Of a stretch of 32,000 nucleotides of DNA, positions 1 to 7,235 are shown piece after piece. The notes beneath the pieces were generated by a model. That model ran no database searches. It worked only from the letters and a program-made list of their open reading frames with translations, and had not been told where the DNA came from. The stretch's first letter is position 1. Every line of letters begins with the position of its first letter. The translations under genes and the position numbers were made by a program. The DNA comes from Candidatus Pelagibacter sp. HIMB1695 (GTDB lineage Bacteria; Pseudomonadota; Alphaproteobacteria; Pelagibacterales; Pelagibacteraceae), in NCBI RefSeq assembly GCF_052047655.1, contig NZ_JBNAJT010000001.1:156075-188074 (forward strand), written 5' to 3'.

Positions 1-683
1 TTCAAAACAAAAATTTAACTATTGTTATTGGAGGTGATGGTTTTATGCTCCAAACTCTTAAAAGAAACAAAAATTCTAATAAATTTTTCTATGGGATTAA
101 CTCTGGAAACTACGGTTTTCTAATGAATAAATTTTCCTCAAAAGATATTATAAAAAACCTTTCTAAAGCAAATATGGTTTCAATTTCTCCCTTAGAAATG
201 ATTGTAAAAAATAAAAATAATCAAATCAAAAAATCTATAGCTATTAATGAAGTTTCTGTATTAAGACAGAGCAGACAAGCAGCTTCGTTATCAATTAAAC
301 AAGGTTCTAGGCAAATTATAAAAAAATTAGTTTCTGATGGAGTTTTGGTGTCCACACCTGCTGGAAGCACTGCTTATAATTTATCTGTACATGGACCTAT
401 TTTAAGTCTTCATTCAAAAAAATTATCTATATCTCCAATAAGTGCATTTAGACCAAGAAGATGGAAAGGTAAAATTGTAAATGATAAAACAAAAATCATT
501 ATTACAAATCTTAATCCTTCAAAAAGACCAATAAGTGCTGTAGCAGATAATTTAGAAGTAAGAAATGCTAAATCAATTACTGTAAAAACTAATAACAAAA
601 TTAAGTTTAATTTACTTTATGACAAAAGCAGAAGTTTGCAAAAAAAAATTAAAATTGAACAAATAAGAAAAGAAACAAGTTAG
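1..683 (+). CDS. nadK: NAD(+) kinase, 5' end cut by window edge
   Basis: The frame of ORF 45..683 stays open back to nt 3. The upstream codons read LTIVIGGDGFML, which is the GGDG motif, so the ATG at 45 is internal. DGVLVSTPAGSTAYNLSVHGPIL matches the conserved NAD kinase STPxGSTAY block. Confidence 0.9.
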   Translation, partial: QNKNLTIVIGGDGFMLQTLKRNKNSNKFFYGINSGNYGFLMNKFSSKDIIKNLSKANMVSISPLEMIVKNKNNQIKKSIAINEVSVLRQSRQAASLSIKQGSRQIIKKLVSDGVLVSTPAGSTAYNLSVHGPILSLHSKKLSISPISAFRPRRWKGKIVNDKTKIIITNLNPSKRPISAVADNLEVRNAKSITVKTNNKIKFNLLYDKSRSLQKKIKIEQIRKETS

Positions 684-790
684 ATTGAATGAATAAAATT
701 AATCCAATTATCTTAGTTGTACTAATTTTAATTACAGGATTTTTTTGCATTTAAGATAATGTCTTTTTTTGGTTGCTATGTTCGTATTGA

Positions 791-810
791 GAGTGTTGGT
801 GAGTGTTGGA
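791..810. repeat. 10-nt tandem direct repeat GAGTGTTGGT/GAGTGTTGGA
   Basis: Two adjacent copies are identical in 9 of 10 positions. They lie in the nadK/tRNA-Thr spacer and are locally G-rich compared with the surroundings. Confidence 0.6.
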
Positions 811-836
811 AATTAACAGCTTGGTAGATAAAATTA

Positions 837-912
837 TGGTGCCCCCGCACGGATTCGAACCGCGGACCTATTGATTACAAATCAATTGCTCTACCAACTG
901 AGCTACAAGGGC
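837..912 (-). tRNA. tRNA-Thr (anticodon UGU), CCA encoded
   Basis: The reverse complement reads GCCCTTGTAGCTCAGTTGGTAGAGCAATTGATTTGTAATCAATAGGTCCGCGGTTCGAATCCGTGCGGGGGCACCA. It folds as a 7-bp acceptor stem, D arm GCTC/GAGC, anticodon stem ATTGA/TCAAT with loop TTTGTAA, and T arm with TTCGAAT loop. Length is 76 nt. Confidence 0.95.
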
Positions 913-922
913 GATAAAAATA

Positions 923-950
923 TTTATAAATCAAAAGCGATAATTTGCAA
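923..950 (-). promoter_or_regulatory. candidate sigma70-type promoter for tRNA-Thr
   Basis: On the minus strand: TTGCAA (945..950), a 16-nt spacer, then TATAAA (923..928). The -10 element ends 10 nt upstream of the mature tRNA 5' end at 912. Such matches are common by chance in AT-rich DNA. Confidence 0.35.
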
Positions 951-977
951 TAAAAATAAAATGTTATCCTCGACGTT

Positions 978-1006
978 TTGATCATTAAAATATATCTATA
1001 TATATT
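978..1006 (+). promoter_or_regulatory. candidate promoter for the methyltransferase/dioxygenase pair
   Basis: TTGATC (978..983), a 17-nt spacer, then TATATT (1001..1006), 24 nt upstream of the ATG at 1031. The AT-rich context makes chance matches likely. Confidence 0.3.
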
Positions 1007-1030
1007 TTGAATTTTAAGTATAAATAATTT

Positions 1031-2248
1031 ATGAAAGATAATATTCTGCTTAAAGTAAATAAGGTTTATAGCGAACAAAATCCTTCTAAGTATTTTAACA
1101 ATACAAGTAAAAAAAATTTAAATATCCTTTTTAGAAATAGAAAAAATTTTTTAATTGAAAAATTAAAATTACCTACAAGACTTTTTAAAAATAGCGAGCT
1201 TTTAGATTTAGGTTGCGGAACAGGGCAAAATACAATTAGTTATGATTGGAATGGTGCAAAATGTACACTTGTTGAATATGATAAAAGTTCATCAATTCAA
1301 GCGAGAAATTTATTTAAAAAATATTCAAAAAATAGATTTAAAGTAATTAACAAAGACTTGTTTAAGTTTAAAACAAGCAAAAAGTTTGATTTTGTTGTTT
1401 CTAATGGAGTTGCACATCACACCTCTGATGTTGTTAAAAATATTAATTTAGCAATCAAATATCTTAAAAATGATGGTTTGTTTATACTAGGACTTGGTGA
1501 ATCGAATGGTTTTTTTCAAAGAAATTTACAAAGATACATATTATATAGTTTAACATCAGATACCAATGAATTAATTAAACTATCTAAATTACTATTTAAT
1601 GAAAATTTAAATAGAGCTAAAAAATTTGGAGGAAGATCAATAAAAGAAATTATATTTGATACTTACATTAATCCCAAGATTGAAACCTTATCCTTTAAAG
1701 AAGTAGAATCCCTTTTTAAAAAAAATGATTTATATTTATATAGTTCAGATGAGGATACCTTTGATTTAAAAAAGATCTATGGTTTTAACAAATTTTATTT
1801 TAGATTAAAGACAGGTTCAAAATTAGAAAATAAAAGTTTTCTATTTAATTCATTAGTAAATTTTTCATATAAAGGAAATAGTGACAAAATATTAAATAAA
1901 AATATTGATCTTTTAAACCAAATTTTAAAAATACAAGATAATATATCAAAAAAAATAAACAATCAATCAGTCAAAGGTTTTAAAAAAATAAAATTGAATA
2001 AAAATATTGAAATTTATGAAGAAAAAATAAATAAATTAGAAAAGATTGATGTAATTAATAAAAAAAATATTTTTCAATTTATTCTAGAGTTAAAAAATAT
2101 TTTTAAAATTTTAAATTTAAAAGATAAAAAAACTAAAATTAAATTATTAAAAAAAACAATTAAAAAAAACAGTAGATTATTTAAAGGACATTGTGGTAAA
2201 GGAATGAATTACTTTGTTGGAATGAAGGTACAAAAATATGATACTTAG
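1031..2248 (+). CDS. class I SAM-dependent methyltransferase with about 230-aa uncharacterised K/N-rich C-terminal extension
   Basis: Motif I LDLGCGTGQNT, post-I LVEYD, motif II FDFVVSNGVAHH and motif III LKNDGLFILGLG all lie within residues about 55-165. I recognise no domain in the rest of the 405-aa protein. Confidence 0.8.
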   Translation: MKDNILLKVNKVYSEQNPSKYFNNTSKKNLNILFRNRKNFLIEKLKLPTRLFKNSELLDLGCGTGQNTISYDWNGAKCTLVEYDKSSSIQARNLFKKYSKNRFKVINKDLFKFKTSKKFDFVVSNGVAHHTSDVVKNINLAIKYLKNDGLFILGLGESNGFFQRNLQRYILYSLTSDTNELIKLSKLLFNENLNRAKKFGGRSIKEIIFDTYINPKIETLSFKEVESLFKKNDLYLYSSDEDTFDLKKIYGFNKFYFRLKTGSKLENKSFLFNSLVNFSYKGNSDKILNKNIDLLNQILKIQDNISKKINNQSVKGFKKIKLNKNIEIYEEKINKLEKIDVINKKNIFQFILELKNIFKILNLKDKKTKIKLLKKTIKKNSRLFKGHCGKGMNYFVGMKVQKYDT

Positions 2249-2939
2249 GTTAAAATATGATTACTATTCAAAAGGTTATGTGATTATTAGAAATGTGCTT
2301 AATAAAAAAGATCTTGATAAATGTAAGGACCAATTAATTTTAAGCTATAAAAAAATATTAAGAGAAAATATAAATTACAATAATATTCATGAATTGCTTA
2401 CAAAATATGAAAAAAATAAAGAGTGGGATAAACTATACATAGCATTTAAAGATGCTTGCCAATCAAAGCCTTTTTTAAGAATGTCAAAAAAATTAGAGAA
2501 TTTAACAAAAAATTTTTTTAACGTAAAAACTAAAACATTAACTTGCGCATATGCAATTGGGATTAAAAATTCAAAAAGAACTAGTTATGATTGGCATCAA
2601 GAGAAAACATATTATTCTAAAATTAGAAAAAAAACTTTTCACTATCAATTTCCCTTTTTTGAAAAATGTATAAAATTGAATGGAACTATGAGTGTTCTTG
2701 AAGGTAGTCATACGCTAGGTGAAATTTCTAATTATACTTACAATAGAAAATTTAAAAAAGGTGTCTATAGTTATATACCGAAAGATATTAAGTTAATGCA
2801 AAAGTACTTTAAAGAAAAATTTTTAAATATGAATATAGGCGATGTTTGTATTTTTCACGAAAATTTAATTCATAGATCAAACATTAATAAAACCAATAAA
2901 GTAAGATTTGCAGGTATTAATAGACAACAGGCTATATAA
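2238..2939 (+). CDS. PhyH (phytanoyl-CoA dioxygenase)-like Fe(II)/2-oxoglutarate-dependent oxygenase
   Basis: The N-terminus YSKGYVIIRNVLNKKDL is typical of the family. WHQE occupies the position of the WHQD (HxD) iron ligands. The distal block IGDVCIFHENLIHRSNINKTNKVRF supplies the second His and the 2OG-binding Arg. The start overlaps the upstream stop by 11 nt. Confidence 0.65.
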   Translation: MILRLKYDYYSKGYVIIRNVLNKKDLDKCKDQLILSYKKILRENINYNNIHELLTKYEKNKEWDKLYIAFKDACQSKPFLRMSKKLENLTKNFFNVKTKTLTCAYAIGIKNSKRTSYDWHQEKTYYSKIRKKTFHYQFPFFEKCIKLNGTMSVLEGSHTLGEISNYTYNRKFKKGVYSYIPKDIKLMQKYFKEKFLNMNIGDVCIFHENLIHRSNINKTNKVRFAGINRQQAI

Positions 2940-2954
2940 ATCAAATTTATATAA

Positions 2955-4778
2955 TTAATTAAATTTTTTTATAATTAGATAATTTTCTAAAATTAAACCA
3001 TCTAAATCTGTCATTTCAAAAACTTTGACCGCATCCTTTTCATTATTTACTAAAGGATAGCCATGCAAATTAAAAGAAGTGTTAAGTAAAGCGTATATGC
3101 TCGTATTTTCTCCAAATTTTTTTATAAGGTTGTAATATTCTAAATTATCTTTTTTAGTTACAATTTGTGGTCTACATGTATTATCGTATGGATGAATTCC
3201 GGCTTTTAATTTTTCTACAAAATTTGATTTTGTTTTTACACAAGAGGTCATATATTTATAATTCTCAATATGTCCATTTAATTTAAAATATTTTTTAGAA
3301 TATTTATCCAGAACAGATGCTGCGAAAGGCATCCAGAAATCTCTATTCTTTATTTTTTCATTTATTATTTTTTTTATGTTTACATTGGATGGATTTGCGA
3401 TAATGGATCTATTTCCCAAAGCTCTTGCACCGAATTCAGATCTACCAGCACATCTAGCTAAAACTTTATTGTCCGCAAGCATTAGTGCTGCTTTTTCATT
3501 TATATTCTTTGTAACTATCTGATATTTTTTTTTATCAATTTTTTTAATAATATTTCTAACAAGCTCATTATTAATTTGATAACCCAAATAAGCATTTTTT
3601 AATGGTTTAGGTTGTTTGTTAAATTTTTTAAAATAATAAACATAGCATGCACCCATAGCTTGAGAGGAGTCGTCAGGTGAAGGAGGTATGTAAACATTTT
3701 TTATTTTTTTTTGCTCTGAAATTGTAAGATTATTTTTTACATTCATAGCAACACCACCAGCTAAGTTAATATTTTCAAATTTATATTTTTTTAAAATATT
3801 CTTAATCCATTTATTTATTAATTTTTCTGTATAATCTTGAAGCGCACCTGAAATAGCATCAAATCTTTTACCATCTAGTAATTCTTTTATATAAAAATAA
3901 AGATCAGGAATTTTTTTTTTATTATGGAATTTTAACCCCTTAACATCTTGTAGAGAAAAAAATAATTTTGTTGTTTCTTCAAAATATTGTTTTTTTGCAT
4001 AAGGGGCTAATCCCATTACTTTATATTCGTGCTCATTAGGTTTTAATCCTAATATCAAAGTTATATATCTGTAAAGCCTTGCTATTATAAAATTACCACC
4101 TTTTACTATTTCTTTAGTTTGTATTTGTTTATTCTTTAAATAAAATTTTACAACTTTATAATTGATAAAATCTCCAAATGCGTCCAGACTTATACTAATA
4201 GTTTTTCTAATTCTACCCAATGCAAAAAAACTATAAAACACATGTCCTGTTGAATGGTCAATGAATTTTACTTTATTCTCACTAATTCCAAGATGAATAC
4301 CAACAACTTCTTTGCGAATTTTTTTTCCAATTTCTATTAATTCTTTATTTGATGAGTGATCTGTTTTTTTGTTTAAAATTTGAATATTTTTTTCCCAATA
4401 TTTTTTACCAGGATATTGATTAGTATCAATTCTATCTTTAAAAACTTTTAATTGTGAGATTTTTTTATTTTTATATAGTCTTGGGTACCATATTTTTTTT
4501 TGTTCATATATATAATCATCCACATTCATTTTTGTGTAGTGTCTTGTGAGAATATATGCTGGTGTCCATGCCTCTGATATAAAGCAAATAGCTGTAATAT
4601 CTTTTTTAGAAATTCGAAAGTTTTTTAAAAGCCAGTTTATTGCGTTGTAGGGATATCTTTCATCATTTTTAATTCTGGTAAATCTTTCTTCACTAATACA
4701 TCCTAAAATTTTTCCATCCACCATTAAAGCGGCTGTAGAATTTTGTTCCCAATTTATTCCAATATAAATTTCTTTCAT
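2955..4778 (-). CDS. carbamoyltransferase, NodU/CmcH/TobZ family
   Basis: The 607-aa protein carries the family blocks: N-terminal AALMVDGKILGCISEERFTRIKNDERYP, metal-site DHSTGHVFYSFF (HxxxH), SLDAFGDF and LAGGVAMNVKNN. C-terminal domain blocks are SEFGARALGNRSIIANP, RDFWMPFAASVL, DNTCRPQIV and LLNTSFNLHGYPLV. Confidence 0.9.
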   Translation of the reverse strand: MKEIYIGINWEQNSTAALMVDGKILGCISEERFTRIKNDERYPYNAINWLLKNFRISKKDITAICFISEAWTPAYILTRHYTKMNVDDYIYEQKKIWYPRLYKNKKISQLKVFKDRIDTNQYPGKKYWEKNIQILNKKTDHSSNKELIEIGKKIRKEVVGIHLGISENKVKFIDHSTGHVFYSFFALGRIRKTISISLDAFGDFINYKVVKFYLKNKQIQTKEIVKGGNFIIARLYRYITLILGLKPNEHEYKVMGLAPYAKKQYFEETTKLFFSLQDVKGLKFHNKKKIPDLYFYIKELLDGKRFDAISGALQDYTEKLINKWIKNILKKYKFENINLAGGVAMNVKNNLTISEQKKIKNVYIPPSPDDSSQAMGACYVYYFKKFNKQPKPLKNAYLGYQINNELVRNIIKKIDKKKYQIVTKNINEKAALMLADNKVLARCAGRSEFGARALGNRSIIANPSNVNIKKIINEKIKNRDFWMPFAASVLDKYSKKYFKLNGHIENYKYMTSCVKTKSNFVEKLKAGIHPYDNTCRPQIVTKKDNLEYYNLIKKFGENTSIYALLNTSFNLHGYPLVNNEKDAVKVFEMTDLDGLILENYLIIKKFN

Positions 4779-4832
4779 TTGATAAAGTTTTATAATTTTA
4801 TTAAAAATTTAGTATATATCATTATAAAATAT

Positions 4833-4862
4833 ATTATATTTGTAATTAAGACTTATAAGCAA
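4833..4862 (-). promoter_or_regulatory. candidate promoter for the carbamoyltransferase gene
   Basis: On the minus strand: TTGCTT (4857..4862), an 18-nt spacer, then a perfect TATAAT (4833..4838), about 55 nt upstream of the start codon at 4778. The spacer is 1 nt longer than optimal and the context is AT-rich. Confidence 0.3.
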
Positions 4863-4909
4863 TTAATAATTTTTAACTAATATCTAAAAAATATTAGTAT
4901 AGAAAACTT

Positions 4910-5653
4910 TCATTTTAATTTTGTTTGAAAGTGTAAATGATGAAATACAATAGCAGCACTATTTGATATGTTCAAACTTTCTATTTCTTTATTGATGTCA
5001 ATTTTGACAAAAAAATCTACATATTTTCCAGTCTGGTGCCTCATTCCAAATCCCTCTGAACCAAAGAGCAAAATATTATTTCCTTCCCATTTAACATCCG
5101 TAAAATCTTTTTGACCTTTTGAATCAAAACCATAAACCCAAAAGTTTTTTTCTCTAAGATTTTTCAATGTTGAATTAATATTGGATACCTGAAATATATT
5201 AACATGCTCCATACATCCACTTGCTGATTTATACATTAATTTACTATCTCTAGGAAAATGTCGTTCTTTAATTATCAAACCATCAATATTAAAAGAAGCT
5301 GCACTTCTAATCAAAGAGCCTATATTTCTTGGATCAGTAACCTCATCTAAACAAACAAATGTTAAATTTTTTTTTTCTTTAATAAATTCTTTTAAATCTA
5401 GTGAATCAAGATGTTCAATTTCTGCAACATAACCATTATGCATTAATTGATCTTTTGATGAATATTTATCCAATTCTTTTTTTGATTTAAAATAAACTTT
5501 TAGGTCTTGTAGAAGATTTTTATTTGGGTTTTTTTTATGAATATTTTTTTTAGCGTCCTCTGTCAAAAATACTCTTAAAACCTTCCTATTTGGATTCCTT
5601 AAAGCTTCAATTACCGCATGTTGGCCCACTATAAAAAAAGATGATTTATTCAT
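4910..5653 (-). CDS. rlmB: SpoU/TrmH-family RNA 2'-O-ribose methyltransferase, RlmB-like (23S rRNA Gm)
   Basis: The 247-aa protein has an N-terminal substrate-binding-like region (GQHAVIEALRNPNRKV). SpoU motifs are LDEVTDPRNIGSLIRSAASF, LLFGSEGFGM and SLNISNSAAIVFH. Confidence 0.85.
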   Translation of the reverse strand: MNKSSFFIVGQHAVIEALRNPNRKVLRVFLTEDAKKNIHKKNPNKNLLQDLKVYFKSKKELDKYSSKDQLMHNGYVAEIEHLDSLDLKEFIKEKKNLTFVCLDEVTDPRNIGSLIRSAASFNIDGLIIKERHFPRDSKLMYKSASGCMEHVNIFQVSNINSTLKNLREKNFWVYGFDSKGQKDFTDVKWEGNNILLFGSEGFGMRHQTGKYVDFFVKIDINKEIESLNISNSAAIVFHHLHFQTKLK

Positions 5654-5708
5654 AAAATTATCAAGTATTTTACACGTTTTTAAGGAGATTTTCTTAATAA
5701 ATCACGTG

Positions 5709-5736
5709 TTGCATTTGGATAAATAAAATATATAAA
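5709..5736 (+). promoter_or_regulatory. candidate promoter for the tRNA-Tyr/tRNA-Gly/tuf transcription unit
   Basis: TTGCAT (5709..5714), a 16-nt spacer, then TATAAA (5731..5736), about 48 nt upstream of the tRNA-Tyr 5' end. It lies in the 130-nt divergent spacer shared with rlmB. Confidence 0.35.
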
Positions 5737-5783
5737 ACGCCTGTTATTTGAAGTTTTATTGAACAAGGGGACACTTCCCCAAA

Positions 5784-5869
5784 GGAGGGGTTCCAGAGCG
5801 GTCAAATGGGGCGGGCTGTAAACCCGTTGACTTCGGTCTTCGAAAGTTCGAATCTTTCCCCCTCCACCA
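5784..5869 (+). tRNA. tRNA-Tyr (anticodon GUA), long variable arm, CCA encoded
   Basis: Sequence GGAGGGGTTCCAGAGCGGTCAAATGGGGCGGGCTGTAAACCCGTTGACTTCGGTCTTCGAAAGTTCGAATCTTTCCCCCTCCACCA. Acceptor stem is GGAGGGG/CCCCTCC, anticodon loop CTGTAAA, T arm GAAAG-TTCGAAT-CTTTC. Length is 86 nt. Confidence 0.95.
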
Positions 5870-5915
5870 TTCAATGAATTTTTGATTAACAATGGAGTGT
5901 TACTCTTGGGGTTGT

Positions 5916-5989
5916 GCGGGTGTAGTTCAATGGTAGAACGCTAGCCTTCCAAGCTGGATGTAAGGGTTCGATTCCCTTTACCCGCTCCA
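5916..5989 (+). tRNA. tRNA-Gly (anticodon UCC), CCA encoded
   Basis: Sequence GCGGGTGTAGTTCAATGGTAGAACGCTAGCCTTCCAAGCTGGATGTAAGGGTTCGATTCCCTTTACCCGCTCCA. Anticodon loop is CTTCCAA and the T arm is AAGGG-TTCGATT-CCCTT. Length is 74 nt. Confidence 0.95.
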
Positions 5990-6034
5990 AGAAATTAAAG
6001 TAAGAAACAAAAAAAAAACTGAGGTTAAAAAGAA

Positions 6035-7225
6035 ATGTCAAAAGAAAAATTCGTACGAAGTAAACCCCACTGTAACATTGGGACTATTGGTCATGTCGAC
6101 CATGGTAAAACAACTCTTACTGCAGCTATAACAAATGTATTAGCTGAAGCTGGTGGTGGAACAGCTGTAGCATACGATCAAATCGATAAAGCTCCAGAGG
6201 AAAAAGAAAGAGGAATTACAATTTCAACAGCACACGTTGAATATGAAACTGAGAAAAGACACTATGCTCACGTAGACTGCCCTGGTCACGCTGACTATGT
6301 AAAAAATATGATTACTGGTGCTGCACAAATGGATGGAGCAATATTAGTTGTTAATGCTGCAGATGGACCAATGCCACAAACAAGAGAACATATTCTTTTA
6401 GGAAGACAAGTTGGTATTCCAGCAATTGTTGTTTACTTAAATAAAGTAGACCAAGTTGATGATAAAGATATGATTGAACTTGTAGAAGAAGAAATTAGAG
6501 AACTTTTAACTTCTTATAAATATCCTGGAGAAACAACTCCAATCGTTAAAGGTTCAGCTTTAGCAGCAGTTGAGAAAAGAGATGATGAAATTGGAAAAAA
6601 TTCAATTTTAGAATTAATGAAAGCTGTTGACGAACATATCCCGCAACCAGCTAGAGAAGTTGACAAACCATTCTTGATGCCAGTTGAGGACGTATTTTCA
6701 ATTTCAGGAAGAGGAACAGTTGCAACTGGAAGAGTAGAATCTGGTGTAATTAAAACTGGTGAGGAAGTTGAAATCGTTGGAATTAAAGAAACAAAAAAAT
6801 CAGTTTGTACTGGAGTAGAAATGTTTAGAAAACTTTTAGACTCAGGTGAAGCTGGTGATAACGTAGGAATTTTATTGAGAGGTATTGAGAGAACTGACAT
6901 TGAAAGAGGTCAAGTTCTTTGTAAGCCTGGATCAATAACTCCTCATACTAAATTTGAAGCTCAAGCCTATATTCTTAAAAAGGATGAGGGTGGAAGACAC
7001 ACTCCTTTCTTTACAAAATATAGACCGCAGTTTTATTTTAGAACAACAGACGTAACAGGAGAAGTAGAATTACCAGCAGGTACAGAAATGGTCATGCCTG
7101 GTGATGATGCTAAATTTACTGTTAAACTGATTACACCTATTGCAATGGCAGAAAAGTTAAATTTTGCTATTAGAGAAGGTGGTAGAACTGTTGGAGCAGG
7201 AGTAGTAACTAAAATTATAGAGTAA
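6035..7225 (+). CDS. tuf: translation elongation factor Tu
   Basis: The 396-aa protein has a canonical N-terminus [24 protein letters not shown] plus DCPGHADY and NKVD G-motifs. A GAGG Shine-Dalgarno sits about 12 nt upstream. Confidence 0.99.
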   Translation: MSKEKFVRSKPHCNIGTIGHVDHGKTTLTAAITNVLAEAGGGTAVAYDQIDKAPEEKERGITISTAHVEYETEKRHYAHVDCPGHADYVKNMITGAAQMDGAILVVNAADGPMPQTREHILLGRQVGIPAIVVYLNKVDQVDDKDMIELVEEEIRELLTSYKYPGETTPIVKGSALAAVEKRDDEIGKNSILELMKAVDEHIPQPAREVDKPFLMPVEDVFSISGRGTVATGRVESGVIKTGEEVEIVGIKETKKSVCTGVEMFRKLLDSGEAGDNVGILLRGIERTDIERGQVLCKPGSITPHTKFEAQAYILKKDEGGRHTPFFTKYRPQFYFRTTDVTGEVELPAGTEMVMPGDDAKFTVKLITPIAMAEKLNFAIREGGRTVGAGVVTKIIE

Positions 7226-7235
7226 CTCTATAAAT

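Noticed and set aside
747-770. GCATT...AATG(T)C stem followed by a T7 run, as the nadK terminator
   Set aside because: The stem is only 5 bp and has a bulge. The T-run alone is not evidence in this composition.
875-1078. 67-aa minus-strand ORF spanning tRNA-Thr and the methyltransferase start
   Set aside because: It overlaps a well-formed tRNA gene and a promoter region. Its C-terminal residues are just the translated tRNA sequence.
2943-2966. AAATTTA/TAAATTT palindrome between the convergent dioxygenase and carbamoyltransferase genes, as a bidirectional terminator
   Set aside because: It is an A/T-only 7-bp stem with a 10-nt loop, and it overlaps the carbamoyltransferase stop codon. It is indistinguishable from AT-rich background.
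4876-4898. Hairpin ACTAATAT/ATATTAGT just downstream of the rlmB stop, as an intrinsic terminator
   Set aside because: The stem is 8 bp with a single G-C pair and a 7-nt loop. On the transcribed (minus) strand no U-tract follows it. It is too weak to call.
837-4909. tRNA-Thr as an integration site for a mobile genomic island
   Set aside because: There is no integrase or recombinase and no duplicated tRNA 3' fragment or flanking direct repeat that I could find. The cassette also lies on the 5' side of the tRNA, not the 3' side used by tRNA-targeting integrases. The cassette is kept as a finding, but not as a mobile element.
5680-5892. 70-aa minus-strand ORF over tRNA-Tyr
   Set aside because: It is the antisense translation of tRNA-Tyr and its flanks, and the tRNA fold is unambiguous.
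6514-6900. 128-aa minus-strand ORF inside tuf
   Set aside because: It is antisense to the highly conserved EF-Tu coding sequence. It has no recognisable motif and is a typical shadow ORF of a strongly codon-biased gene.
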